64,000 nt of DNA from a virus (Duplodnaviria > Caudoviricetes), in the IMG/VR virus record IMGVR_UViG_3300036835_000480, positions 1,224-65,223 of that record; one strand, written 5' to 3'. Positions 17,344 to 26,585 of the stretch are shown in pieces; the stretch's first letter is position 1; each line of letters opens with the position of its first letter. A model generated the notes under the pieces. The model did no database searches and had not been told where the DNA came from. It worked only from the letters and a program-made list of their open reading frames with translations. Both the position numbers and the translations under genes were made by a program.

Positions 17344-18816
17344 TCAGAACACGTAGAGCTGCGCCAGCGGCGCGGCGTAGTAGGCTAGCAGGAGCGCGTC
17401 CGCGTCGTCCGGGGAGCGCTTGAGCCGCTTCCGCGTCGCCTCCTTGGGCTCGATCTTGATGCGGTTCGCGCTGTCCCGCTGGTAGGTCGGCGCGACGAGC
17501 TGGCCCACCGTCACGTCGTCCACCGCCCGCAGATCCCAGGCGTGTGCCCGCGACAGCTCCCGCCCTACGTCCCACCAGAGGGCGTCGCGCAGCTTGTAGA
17601 AGCGCGTCGGGTCCGGCGCCGCCTCGCCGACGTTCACGCCGATCACCTGCGCGCCGTGCATGCCTTGCTCGCCTAGCTCGGCGAGCCGTCCGACGACGCC
17701 CCAGCCGATGCCGATCGTGTCGACCTTCACGCAGGTCGCGCCGGTCGCGCGGATCGCGTCGAGCACGAGATTCACCGCGTCGGCCCAGTCCGGCGTGCGC
17801 TTGCGCCAGGCGCGCCCGGCCACGGCGCCGCGGCGCTCGCGGATCGCCGTCTCGTCGCCGCCGGCGCCCACGTCCACGCCCAGCTCGACGGGGAGCTGCT
17901 GCTCGGCCGTCCACTCGGTATCGAGCGCCTGGCAGGCGCGCACCCAGCTCAGCGGGACGACCCCGTCAGCCACGTCGGCCGCGAACTGGCCGCGCACCTT
18001 CGCCAGGTAGACCGGGCTCTCCTCGCCGACCTCGGCGGCCAGCTCCGCAGCGTAGGTCGGCGAGATAAGCTGCTCGCGCAGCGCCTGCGGCAGCGTCGCG
18101 CCCTCGGCCGTGAAGTTAGGCGTCTCGTAGGCGTCGACCCCGATCGTCGTCCAGCCGCTCCCGGGCTGGCAGATCTGGGCGAAGTACGACTGCGGGTCGT
18201 CCGGGTTACCGATCGCCAGGATCCGCGAGTGCTCGTTCGCGGCGAGGCCGGCCGCGGCGCGGTAGATCGTCTCCGGTACGCCCGCCGCCTCGTCGATGAC
18301 CACCAGCACGTAGCGCGCGTGGATGCCCTGGAAGGCGTCGGGGTCGTAGTCGCTCGGCTTGCGGCCGAGCGCGACCATCTCGTCGTGCAGCCACCACTCG
18401 GTCTGGTTCACGCGGCCCGGCAGCGCGCCCTGGCGGTGCGCCCGCCCGATCTCGCGCCAGAGGATGGCGCGGACCTGGGCCCCCGTGGTCGCCGTGGTCA
18501 CGGCGAAGGCCTCGCCTGGCGTGTGGTTCGTCAGCCACCAGGCGACTAGCCGCGCGGCGAGCCAGGACTTGCCCGAGGCCCAGCAGGAATGGACGGCGAC
18601 GCGCCGCTGGGTCGCCACGGCCGCGGCGATCGCCCGCTGCTTGGACCAGACCGTCGCGCCGAGACGCTCGGTCATCCAGGCGCAGGGGTCCACGACCGCG
18701 ACGGCCGTGGCGGGCTGCTGCGCCGCGAGCAGGTTGTGGATCGCCTGCTGGACGATCGGATGGGCGCGCGCCAGGCGCGCTTCCGCCGCCTGCCGCTGTT
18801 CAGTCGCGGTGGGCAC
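17344..18816 (-). CDS. terL: terminase large subunit
   Basis: Walker A variant SCWASGKS, VVIDEAAG, AIGNP, LGVDVGAGGDET, SPDDADAL. Confidence 0.93.
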   Translation of the reverse strand: MPTATEQRQAAEARLARAHPIVQQAIHNLLAAQQPATAVAVVDPCAWMTERLGATVWSKQRAIAAAVATQRRVAVHSCWASGKSWLAARLVAWWLTNHTPGEAFAVTTATTGAQVRAILWREIGRAHRQGALPGRVNQTEWWLHDEMVALGRKPSDYDPDAFQGIHARYVLVVIDEAAGVPETIYRAAAGLAANEHSRILAIGNPDDPQSYFAQICQPGSGWTTIGVDAYETPNFTAEGATLPQALREQLISPTYAAELAAEVGEESPVYLAKVRGQFAADVADGVVPLSWVRACQALDTEWTAEQQLPVELGVDVGAGGDETAIRERRGAVAGRAWRKRTPDWADAVNLVLDAIRATGATCVKVDTIGIGWGVVGRLAELGEQGMHGAQVIGVNVGEAAPDPTRFYKLRDALWWDVGRELSRAHAWDLRAVDDVTVGQLVAPTYQRDSANRIKIEPKEATRKRLKRSPDDADALLLAYYAAPLAQLYVF

Positions 18817-19210
18817 GGGCCGCCTCCCGCAGCAGCCGCTGCGTCTCGCGCACGGCGGCGCGCCGCTCCAGGCCCAGCGCGTCGGCCAGCTCCTCGGCCT
18901 CGCCGCGCAGGGCCAGCTCCAGGCGATCGACGCGCCCGTAGTCCTGCGGCCGCCGCCGCTCCAGCCACCAGGCCGCGGCCTGCCAGGTCGTCGGCATCAC
19001 GTTGCGGACGTGCGCGACGGCTTCCGCCTCGGCGTCGGCCTGGGCTTTTTCGATCGCTGCCGAGAACTCCTGGTCACGCCGCTTGCAGACGCGATACGTA
19101 TCGTAGGCGACGCCGGCGTAAGCAGCCGCGTTCGTCTCCGTATTGCCCGCGCGGAGGGCGCGCAGGATCAGCTCCTGAATCCCAGGCGTCATCTTGGTCG
19201 GCCGCGCCAT
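18800..19210 (-). CDS. terS: terminase small subunit
   Basis: MARPTKMTP...AAAYAGV...WQAAAWWLERR; directly upstream of terL. Confidence 0.8.
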   Translation of the reverse strand: MARPTKMTPGIQELILRALRAGNTETNAAAYAGVAYDTYRVCKRRDQEFSAAIEKAQADAEAEAVAHVRNVMPTTWQAAAWWLERRRPQDYGRVDRLELALRGEAEELADALGLERRAAVRETQRLLREAARAHRD

Positions 19211-19722
19211 TAGGCGACTCCCGCCACGGCCTGCTCGACGGTCGGGTCGAAGCGCCGCCCCTGCATGATCGTCCAGGCCGCCTGCGGGCGCGCCAGCGGC
19301 GCGGGTACGTCGTAGACCAGCGCCACGTAGTAGGCGCCACCGCCGAGCCGCGGGTCGCGGCTGACTTTGTGCGGCGAATGCGAGTCCAGCAGGTAGAACG
19401 TACCGGCCGCCATCGGCGGCACCGTCGGATCGTCGGCCAGGCCGTGGACGCGCCAGCCGTCGTTGCGCACGATCCACTGGTAGGAGTAGCGCGTCGAGCC
19501 CGGATCCCAGTGCAGCGGTAGGCCGCCACGGACCCCGATCCAGTGCACCGTCTGGGCGTCGTGGCCCCAGGTCTGAATCCGCCGCGACGTGCCCGTGCCG
19601 AAACGCGGCGCGAGGACGCCGTCATCGGCGCGCGGCACCGGCTGGGCCGGCAGGTGGGCGCGCCAGAGAATCGCCTCGCGGACTTGATCGGGGCGGAGGA
19701 CCACGTCCGGCGGCAGGTTCAT
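19210..19722 (-). CDS. putative cupin/2OG-Fe(II) oxygenase-like protein
   Basis: PLHWD (HxD) and distal FYLLDSHSPHKV His motif. Confidence 0.5.
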   Translation of the reverse strand: MNLPPDVVLRPDQVREAILWRAHLPAQPVPRADDGVLAPRFGTGTSRRIQTWGHDAQTVHWIGVRGGLPLHWDPGSTRYSYQWIVRNDGWRVHGLADDPTVPPMAAGTFYLLDSHSPHKVSRDPRLGGGAYYVALVYDVPAPLARPQAAWTIMQGRRFDPTVEQAVAGVA

Positions 19723-20387
19723 GGCGCGCCTCCTAGCGGCGAGCGCCCGGCCTGGCGGGCGATCGCGATCTGGCTCTGGGTCACCCAGGCGCGGTGGTAC
19801 TCGCGGTCGGCAAAGAGCTTGGAGAAGCCGGTGATGTGCTTGAGGCGGAGCAGCTCCTCGGGCTCCAGCCCCAGCTCGTTGCAGATCGCCGCGTCGGTCA
19901 TCCCCTGATCGAGCATGCGGAAGACCATGTTCGCCATGCCGTCGACCGAGTGCTTGCCGCGGGCGCGGTTATGGCGCACCGTCGAGGCCATACGGTCGTT
20001 GATATCCTTGTCGATCACGACACAGGGTAAGCAGCCCCCACAGCGCGCCCGGATGGCATCATCCTGGCGCATCACGTAGTAGCGGTGGAAGCCGTCCACG
20101 ATGCAGTAGCGGTCGCGCGCCGCATCGTAGACCGTGACTACCGGCTGAGTATATCCGTCGTGCTCGATCGAGAGCCGCAGGAGATTCATCTCGATGCGCG
20201 CCACGCTATTCGGGTTATAGTCGTTCGGCTCGACCTGCTCGAGGGGAATCCACTGCACGGCGTCGACCGGCTGATCGGCGCGCGGGCTCAGGCGATGCAG
20301 CAGCGCGCGCACCGCGGCGATGGCGGCCAGCGGCTCGGGCGCCGCGGTAATCGCCGCCTCCAGGCGCTCAAGCAGAGCGGCGTCCAC
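19719..20387 (-). CDS. IbrB-like ParB/Srx domain protein
   Basis: PNDYNPNSVA, DGYTQPVV, IVDGFHRY, RMASTVRHNRARGKH. Confidence 0.9.
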   Translation of the reverse strand: MDAALLERLEAAITAAPEPLAAIAAVRALLHRLSPRADQPVDAVQWIPLEQVEPNDYNPNSVARIEMNLLRLSIEHDGYTQPVVTVYDAARDRYCIVDGFHRYYVMRQDDAIRARCGGCLPCVVIDKDINDRMASTVRHNRARGKHSVDGMANMVFRMLDQGMTDAAICNELGLEPEELLRLKHITGFSKLFADREYHRAWVTQSQIAIARQAGRSPLGGAP

Positions 20388-21480
20388 TGATCCTCCCGCG
20401 GTTCTTGAAGGCGTAACCGTGGCTGGCGTGGAAATTGGCCGTCTTCGTGCCGTGGTGATCGTTCACCAGCAGCATCGCGATCTCCATGCGGATCAGCTCC
20501 GCCTGGACGGCGTCGATGAACAGCTCCTGCTGCTGGGCGAAGTGCTTGCGGTACCACGCCTGGTGGGCGGGATCGACGATCAGGTGCTCGACCAGGTAGT
20601 CGCGGTACTCGCGCCAGTCGGCGAACATCGGCGGCAGCTCTTTCGGACCCTGCCAGGCGCGGCCGAGGATGCCCGCGGTCTGCACGCCGGCCAGGCGCGC
20701 CGTAACGCGGTCCCAGGTCTCCGGCTCGACCTCCTGCAGGAAGTAGAGCGTGCGCACGGCGGTCTCATGGTGCACGTTGCTGACGCGCATCTCGCGCGTG
20801 GGGATGCCGTACTGGTACATCAGGTCGTAGAGGCGGCAGTAGGCCCAGCGGTGGTCGTGGATGGCCTTCCAGATGTCCAGGTAGGACCAGTCGTAGAGCG
20901 GGTAGAACGTGTAGTGCCCGCGCGCCTTCGAGCTGACGCGGCCCCAGGTCACGCCGCCGTAGGTCTCGTAGGACGTAAGTCCCTGGAAGCGGCCGGGGCT
21001 CTCCTCGCAGCGCACGCCGGCCAGGTAGACCGCCGGCGTCGTCGGGTAGTCGTGGGCGAAGATCGCCTCGAACAGCGCCGTAAAACGATCGGTGCCGTAG
21101 ACGTTGGCCTGGATGCTGGTCGGCTCCTTCGCGCGGATCCAGGGCGCGCCCTCCTGCCAGCAGTAGAGCCAGGGCTCGCGCGCCGAGGTGGCGTTGAACA
21201 GCTTGATCGGCACCTGGTACCAGCGCGGCGCGACCCGCGGATCGGCCATCACCGCGCGCACGTAGTCGATGACGCAGTCCCACTCCGCTTCCTGGTCGAT
21301 GAACGTCACCGGCAGCGGCAGGCGGCCGCGCTCGGCGGCGACCTGCATCGCCAGGTTCAGCAGCACCGTCGAGTCCTTGCCGCCCGAGAAATTGACGTGG
21401 ACGTGCTCGAACTCGTCGAACAGCCAACGCATCCGCGCCAGCGCCGCCTCGTAGACGTTCTCCCGTAGAAAGATTTTCAC
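20368..21480 (-). CDS. IbrA-like PAPS-reductase-family (PP-loop) protein
   Basis: NVYEAALARMRWLFDEF, FSGGKDST, FIDQEAE, GVRCEES, YPLYDW..DIW, MRVS. Confidence 0.9.
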   Translation of the reverse strand: MKIFLRENVYEAALARMRWLFDEFEHVHVNFSGGKDSTVLLNLAMQVAAERGRLPLPVTFIDQEAEWDCVIDYVRAVMADPRVAPRWYQVPIKLFNATSAREPWLYCWQEGAPWIRAKEPTSIQANVYGTDRFTALFEAIFAHDYPTTPAVYLAGVRCEESPGRFQGLTSYETYGGVTWGRVSSKARGHYTFYPLYDWSYLDIWKAIHDHRWAYCRLYDLMYQYGIPTREMRVSNVHHETAVRTLYFLQEVEPETWDRVTARLAGVQTAGILGRAWQGPKELPPMFADWREYRDYLVEHLIVDPAHQAWYRKHFAQQQELFIDAVQAELIRMEIAMLLVNDHHGTKTANFHASHGYAFKNRGRISGRRSA

Positions 21481-22277
21481 GCGCCGCCCTCCCAGCAGTC
21501 GAAGTCGCCGAGGCGCCGCGGCGCGCCCGCGAGCGGCAGCGGCGTATGCCGGTGCGGCACGGGGATGCCGCTGCGCTGGTAGGTGACGGGGACGTAGCCC
21601 GGCGCGTAGGCCATCGCCAGGTAGCGGCCGCCGGGCGCGCAGAGCGCGGGCAGGCGCGCGACCTCGGCGTCGCTGAGGTAGCTGGCGCTCCCGAAGAGGG
21701 CGAGCACGCGGTCGAAGGCGCCGTCGACGAAGGCGCTGAGCGGCGTGTAGACGGTGTGCGCGGCGGGATGCTTGGCGGCCAGGCGCGCCAGCATCGCGCG
21801 CGAGGGGTCGATCCCCGTATAGGCGCCGACCGCAGCGTGGTCGAGTAGCCAGCCCGTGCCGCAGCCCACGTCGAGCACGCGGTAGGGCGTCAGGTCGCCG
21901 AGGAGCGCCAGGACGGCGTGATCGAGGCGCTGATCCGCCGGCTCGCGGAAGAGCGTGTCGTAGACCGGCGCGATGGCGTCGTAGGGCGCCGCCGTCGCAC
22001 GCGCCTTGCGGTTGATTAGCAGCGTCCGTAGCAGCGGCCCCGGCATCGTCCAGTAGGTGTGCGCGTTCACGTCGAGCTGGGTATAGGGGCGCCCCTGGAA
22101 GCGCGTCGGGTAGCCGTGGTCGCGGATATACTGGGCGACGGCGAGGAACAAGGCGTCGTCGGCCCACTCGCGGCGCAAGGTGTACTCGTGCGGGTTAGCC
22201 GGCATCGTCTTAGCGAAGATCCAGCGCCCCTGCGCGAGCGCCCGCCCCACGGCCGGCAGGTCAAGCGTCGCGATCAA
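21477..22277 (-). CDS. class I SAM methyltransferase fused to an N-terminal FAKTMP-PHEY domain
   Basis: VLDVGCGTG, GIDPS..ML; TTG start after GAGGAG. Confidence 0.8.
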   Translation of the reverse strand: MIATLDLPAVGRALAQGRWIFAKTMPANPHEYTLRREWADDALFLAVAQYIRDHGYPTRFQGRPYTQLDVNAHTYWTMPGPLLRTLLINRKARATAAPYDAIAPVYDTLFREPADQRLDHAVLALLGDLTPYRVLDVGCGTGWLLDHAAVGAYTGIDPSRAMLARLAAKHPAAHTVYTPLSAFVDGAFDRVLALFGSASYLSDAEVARLPALCAPGGRYLAMAYAPGYVPVTYQRSGIPVPHRHTPLPLAGAPRRLGDFDCWEGGA

Positions 22278-22857
22278 GGTAGAACTCCTCGCCGCAGTGC
22301 GGGCACATGACCGCCTGCTGAGCGCGCGCGCCCTGGTACTGCGTCTCCAGGCGGGTCTCCGCGGCGGCGAGGGCGGCATCATCGACCGCGCGCGGCGGCT
22401 CCAGCGGCGGCGTGTAGTTCGGCTCGAACGGCCGCGCCCGCGTCGCCAGATCGGACATCAAGTCCTGGAGCGCCTGCTCGTTCGTCTGTACGTCGGCCAT
22501 CAGGCTATCGAGCGCGTCGCGGTCGAGCACGGCCAGGGCGGCGATGGGGTCGAAGGTAGCGAGGACCAGGCCCTCTTTCGCGGGCTCCACGTCGATGTCC
22601 AGCACGGGCACGGCGGCCATCCCGGCGGAGAGCGCCTCCTCGACGCGAGCGTGGCCGTCGAGCAAGTGGCCGGTCTGGACGTTCTGCAGCAGCGGGGCGA
22701 TCCAGCCGACCGCGCGCAGGGAGGCGCGCAGCGTCTCGCGCTGGCTGGCGGGATGACGGCGGGGATTGTGCGGATGGGCGAGCAACTGATCGGGCGGGAC
22801 GAGGCGGTAGCCGACGATCCGCACGTCGGTAAGCAGCGCGTCGGGCGTGGACATCAC
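22261..22857 (-). CDS. ParB N-terminal-like domain protein with C-terminal CPHCG
   Basis: HPHNPRRHP, LLDGHARV. Confidence 0.8.
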   Translation of the reverse strand: MMSTPDALLTDVRIVGYRLVPPDQLLAHPHNPRRHPASQRETLRASLRAVGWIAPLLQNVQTGHLLDGHARVEEALSAGMAAVPVLDIDVEPAKEGLVLATFDPIAALAVLDRDALDSLMADVQTNEQALQDLMSDLATRARPFEPNYTPPLEPPRAVDDAALAAAETRLETQYQGARAQQAVMCPHCGEEFYLDRDA

Positions 22858-22916
22858 TTATCCTCGCAAGTGCAGCCTGCACCGTTGGGCAGCATAGCAC
22901 GTCTCGCGCCCGCTGG

Positions 22917-23189
22917 CTACTCCGCGCCGCGCACCTGCTGCGCCAGCGCCAGGTAGAGCCGCGCGAAGGCGTGGACGAGATGATCCTCCGGCAGCGGCGC
23001 CACGGCGCCGTCTCCCCAGCGCGCCAGATGATCGGCGGCGTGCGCGACGTGCTCGGCGGCCGGGATCCCCTGCCAGCTATAGACCAGGTCGCCCGCCGGC
23101 GGGTAGGCGCGGTGAGCGACGACGAGCCGCGCCCCGAGCAGCGCCAGGACGCGCCGATCGAGCTGCACCGCCGCGCGCTCAGGCGTCAT
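22917..23189 (-). CDS. putative dATP/dGTP diphosphohydrolase (DUF5664-like)
   Basis: WQGIP..EHVAHAADHLARW.DG...EDHLVHAFARL. Confidence 0.6.
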   Translation of the reverse strand: MTPERAAVQLDRRVLALLGARLVVAHRAYPPAGDLVYSWQGIPAAEHVAHAADHLARWGDGAVAPLPEDHLVHAFARLYLALAQQVRGAE

Positions 23190-23559
23190 CGGCTCCCTCC
23201 GGGAGCGCCAGCGGCGTCGGCCGCGGCTCCCGCTCCCAGGCGTAGGCCGCCACGGCGGCGAGCAGGATCCGCTCGTGGCGCAGGTGCCGCGGCTTCGGCG
23301 TACCGCCCTCGCCGGCCTCGGCATCGGCCCAGGCCAGCGCGGCGCCGACGATCGTCTCCGCCGCGGTGAGGGCGACTAGGATATCGCCCGCCCAGCGGGC
23401 CGGGCAGGTCGTCTGCTCGGCGAGCCGCGGCTGGGCGGGCGGCCAGTGGTAGCACTCATGGCGCAGGAGCCACGGCGCGCCGCAGGCGCAAACACCGTAG
23501 TCGCGCTCCGCCGGCAGCGCCGCGGCGAGTCGCGCCGGCGCCGCCTTCGCGCGGGGCAT
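23179..23559 (-). CDS. hypothetical protein
   Basis: overlapping operon gene. Confidence 0.5.
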   Translation of the reverse strand: MPRAKAAPARLAAALPAERDYGVCACGAPWLLRHECYHWPPAQPRLAEQTTCPARWAGDILVALTAAETIVGAALAWADAEAGEGGTPKPRHLRHERILLAAVAAYAWEREPRPTPLALPEGADDA

Positions 23560-23822
23560 CAGCGGCTCCCGTAGGCGCTGTGGTGCCAGCAGTAGGGGCC
23601 GGGAATGTCAATCCGCCGCCAACACTCGGGGTCCGCACACAGCCGCATCCCGTCGGCGCGCGGCCCGGGCCCGACGGCCTCGACGGCATCCAGCGCGGCA
23701 TAGAGCTGGGTGAGCGGCGCCGACGGCACCGGCGTCTGGCCGAGCGCGGCCGGCAACGGCGCCGCCGCGCGGACACTCCTTGCCGCGTTCGCAATCGCGG
23801 TCAAGGCTTCGAGATAGGTCAC
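23559..23822 (-). CDS. hypothetical protein with C-terminal Cys/His motif
   Basis: GTGA and TGATG overlaps; CADPEC...CWHH. Confidence 0.5.
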   Translation of the reverse strand: MTYLEALTAIANAARSVRAAAPLPAALGQTPVPSAPLTQLYAALDAVEAVGPGPRADGMRLCADPECWRRIDIPGPYCWHHSAYGSR

Positions 23823-24151
23823 CGCAGGACCTCGACCGCCGCGTAGTTGCCGTAGACCTGGGCGATCTCGGCGCGCCCGGCGGCGACGGTCGGCACCCAT
23901 ACGTCGAGGTGGGAGGGACCAAGGCGCCCGCGATCCTCACAGGTCACGATCCGGCCATCGGCGAAACGGAAGCGGGTGCCGATCTCCCAGCCGTAGGAGC
24001 AGGCCGCCACCCCCGCCCGAGCTTGCGTGCCCGAGGCGGTAGTGCCGCGATCGACGTAGAAAGTTACCCGTACGGTAGCCGTCTCCTGCGCTTGGGCGAT
24101 ACCGGATAGCAATACAGCGCCAAGGATCGCCAGCGGTAAGCCACGTGCCAC
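23819..24151 (-). CDS. secreted 3D-domain (lytic transglycosylase-like) protein
   Basis: signal peptide; VTFY...TASG...VAAC...GT...CEDRG...HLDVW. Confidence 0.75.
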   Translation of the reverse strand: MARGLPLAILGAVLLSGIAQAQETATVRVTFYVDRGTTASGTQARAGVAACSYGWEIGTRFRFADGRIVTCEDRGRLGPSHLDVWVPTVAAGRAEIAQVYGNYAAVEVLR

Positions 24152-24173
24152 GCGTCCAACCTCCTGCTAAGCC

Positions 24174-24533
24174 CTAGGCGAGGAGCTGCTCGATCTCGGA
24201 CCACTGCGCGGGCCGCCAGACGTAGGCCTCGCAGCCGGCACAGGTCCCGAGCACGTCCAGCCACGCCCGCTGCGCGGGCAAGACCGTCCCGGTGTCGGTC
24301 TTCAGCTCGGCAAAGATGCAGCGCCCGGCCCGGCCCTCCCGACCGGGCCGAGCGAGCACCAGATCCGGGAACCCGGCCGCGCTATGGTCCGAGCGCCAGG
24401 TGTGATAGACGACCCAGTGGTGGAGCTGCGCGAGCGCCACGACCTGCGCCTGAAAGCGCTTCTCGGATAGCCGCAAGCGCTGCACGCGCGACGGCCCGCG
24501 CGGGAGCGTGGCGTCCCGCCAGAAAGTCGCCAC
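24174..24533 (-). CDS. VRR-NUC domain nuclease
   Basis: SEKRFQ, GFPDLVL, FAELK, Q.AWL, VWRP. Confidence 0.85.
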   Translation of the reverse strand: MATFWRDATLPRGPSRVQRLRLSEKRFQAQVVALAQLHHWVVYHTWRSDHSAAGFPDLVLARPGREGRAGRCIFAELKTDTGTVLPAQRAWLDVLGTCAGCEAYVWRPAQWSEIEQLLA

Positions 24534-24998
24534 CTAGGCCTCCGTCGGCTCCTGGAGCGGGGCATCTCCCTCCTCGAGCTCGTCGTCGGGCTCCTCCTCG
24601 TCGTCGTCCTCGGGCGGTCGCTCGTCCAGGATGCTGGCGGACGCGATCATGCTGCTCTCCCCTCGTGCGGTATCGACCCGCGGCACATCCGCGAGCCGCT
24701 GATAAATCTCCAGCCCCAGCGCCCGCGCCCAGCCGGCCTCGCGGTCGGCGCCGGGGCTGGAGCCGATCCAGTAGAGCGCGTCACAGGCGCCGAGCCACTC
24801 CCGACACCAGCCCATCCACCAGGCGTAGCCGAGACGCTCGGTGGGATCCCAGTAGTGGCTCAGGTGCGGGAGGAAGGGATGCCATCCGCGCTCGGCGAGC
24901 GCCGTAGCCACCGCGATCGCCCGCCGCACGTTGCGCAGCCGCAGCGCCGGCGAGGGCGCCGACAGCGGCCCGGCGACGTAGATCCGCAGCGCGGTCAA
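24534..24998 (-). CDS. nucleoside 2-deoxyribosyltransferase-like (DUF4406-type) protein
   Basis: IYVAGP, PFLPHL, CDAL, SPGADRE. Confidence 0.75.
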   Translation of the reverse strand: MTALRIYVAGPLSAPSPALRLRNVRRAIAVATALAERGWHPFLPHLSHYWDPTERLGYAWWMGWCREWLGACDALYWIGSSPGADREAGWARALGLEIYQRLADVPRVDTARGESSMIASASILDERPPEDDDEEEPDDELEEGDAPLQEPTEA

Positions 24999-25687
24999 CG
25001 CTCGACCTCACGCTGCCAGTGGTAGCAGTGGAGATAGGCGCGGAAGGCGCCGAAATCGCGCGCCTGGTGGGCCGCGGCGAACTCGTGGACGTAGAGGCTG
25101 CCCGGCTGCGTGCGCGGGGTCTGGACGACGAGCCGCCGCGCCGGGTACTCGCCGTGGCTCTCGGCGTAGGCCTCCGCATAAGCGGCGAGCTGGAGGCGCC
25201 AGGCGGGATCGGGCGCGGGATTGCCGCGCGGGTGGGCGCTGCCGCTCTTCCAATCGACGATCGCCAGCCCACGGCCCTCGGTAAGCCGCGCGACGAGGTC
25301 CGCCGTGCCCGCGTAGCCGTGCTGGTGCGAGACGAGGAACAACTCAGCGCCGATCACGCGCGCGACGTGGCTATGCCACCAGCCGAGGAAGGCTTCGGCG
25401 AAGGGCTCCAGGTCGGGATCCAGCGACGGCGCCCAATGGCCCGCGGTCGGGTTCGTGGCGAACGCCTGGAAGCCCGCGTGGAGCCGCCGCCCGAAGGTCG
25501 CGCCCAGGTGCATGCGCTCGTCGGCGGCCTCGTTGCCGACGCTACCACGCCACTGCTCCAGCGATTCTTTGCGGATCATGTTCGTGATCGTCGAGACGCG
25601 GACGTAGGGGAAGCCGTCCACGAGATAGTGCGTCCCCTGGTCGGGATCGTCGCGCGGGAGGTACTGCGGGCGCGGCTGCTGGATCAT
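24995..25687 (-). CDS. PD-(D/E)xK exonuclease
   Basis: RVSTI, G.RLH, E.FL...YAGTADL...IVDWKS, QLAAYAEA. Confidence 0.85.
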   Translation of the reverse strand: MIQQPRPQYLPRDDPDQGTHYLVDGFPYVRVSTITNMIRKESLEQWRGSVGNEAADERMHLGATFGRRLHAGFQAFATNPTAGHWAPSLDPDLEPFAEAFLGWWHSHVARVIGAELFLVSHQHGYAGTADLVARLTEGRGLAIVDWKSGSAHPRGNPAPDPAWRLQLAAYAEAYAESHGEYPARRLVVQTPRTQPGSLYVHEFAAAHQARDFGAFRAYLHCYHWQREVER

Positions 25688-25743
25688 GCGACCTCCGCGC
25701 AGGCCCAGACCACGGCGTAGCGCTGGCTCTGCGTGCGGCGGCG
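25684..25743 (-). pseudogene. orphaned original 3' end of the winged-helix gene at 26578-26874
   Basis: translates RRRTQSQRYAVVWACAEVA*, matching RRRTQSKRYAVVW at 26605-26643; its TGA overlaps the next ATG. Confidence 0.85.
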
Positions 25744-25744
25744 G

Positions 25745-26482
25745 CTATTCGAGATGACGCCAGGACCTGCGGTGCTCGATCGCCCGTATCCCTTGCGGCG
25801 TGAGTCCATAGCGCCTCCCGAGTACTACCGATGACACCCCGGCGGCGCGTGCCGCACGTATGGCGCGCACGTCCGCTGCGGTGAGCTTCGCCCGACGGTT
25901 GTCCTCGCCGTAACGGCTGAGCGTCCGTCGAGTCGGGCCGCCCGCCTCCGCCCAGATATGCCCGCGCACGAGCGCCGTCAGCGTGCTATCGCTCAAGCCA
26001 AAGGCATGGCCCAGAGCGGCGAGCGACTCGCCTGCAGCATGGCGCTCGCGAATTGTCGCTGCCTGCTCCGCCGTGATCTTGGCGGCCGTATTGCGCTCAC
26101 CCAGCGGCAGCCTGCCATGTCGCCGCTTGTCGCCCTCGTTCTCTTCCCAGGTCGCCCAGCGCAGATTCCCCAGGTGGTTGTTCGTAGGATCGCCGTCGTA
26201 GTGCGCGACGACATGGCGCGGCGATGGACGCGATCCCAGGAACGCCTTAGCGACCTCGACATGGACCGCGTGCTGGGTCCGAACGTTATTGGCACTAAGG
26301 GTAACGAGCGGATAGCCGGCAGGAGCGGGGGTTTGCTTCAGCACGAGGCGGCGCGCGAAAGTCGTCTTGCCGTTGCGGAAGCGGATCGACGCAATCTGCC
26401 CGTCGGTAGAGACCTCGTAGAGCCCCTCGAAACCAACGACGGGGCGCCACTCGACGGAGGGCGTAGTACACTGGGGATACAT
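25745..26482 (-). CDS. free-standing NUMOD4-HNH homing endonuclease
   Basis: EWRPVVGFEGLYEVSTDG, VHVEVAKAF, HYDGDPTNNHLGNLRWAT..EN; two GE.N..AKLT HTH repeats. Confidence 0.9.
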   Translation of the reverse strand: MYPQCTTPSVEWRPVVGFEGLYEVSTDGQIASIRFRNGKTTFARRLVLKQTPAPAGYPLVTLSANNVRTQHAVHVEVAKAFLGSRPSPRHVVAHYDGDPTNNHLGNLRWATWEENEGDKRRHGRLPLGERNTAAKITAEQAATIRERHAAGESLAALGHAFGLSDSTLTALVRGHIWAEAGGPTRRTLSRYGEDNRRAKLTAADVRAIRAARAAGVSSVVLGRRYGLTPQGIRAIEHRRSWRHLE

Positions 26483-26585
26483 GGGAGTCAACTCCTTCCA
26501 TGTCGGCCCCCGGGGTGTTGGTAGCACCGCCGGGGGTACTCTATGCGGTTGCCTAAAGTATAGCGTTTCTGGCGTCATTACGCCG
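26483..26585 (-). promoter_or_regulatory. endonuclease-cassette palindrome/-10 plus leader hairpin
   Basis: CGGCGTaatgACGCCA-7-TATACT; hairpin 26507-26536. Confidence 0.75.

Noticed and set aside
24995-25687. Cas4 / CRISPR-associated nuclease
   Set aside because: It lacks the Fe-S cysteine cluster and sits in a recombination context; a generic PD-(D/E)xK exonuclease is more likely.
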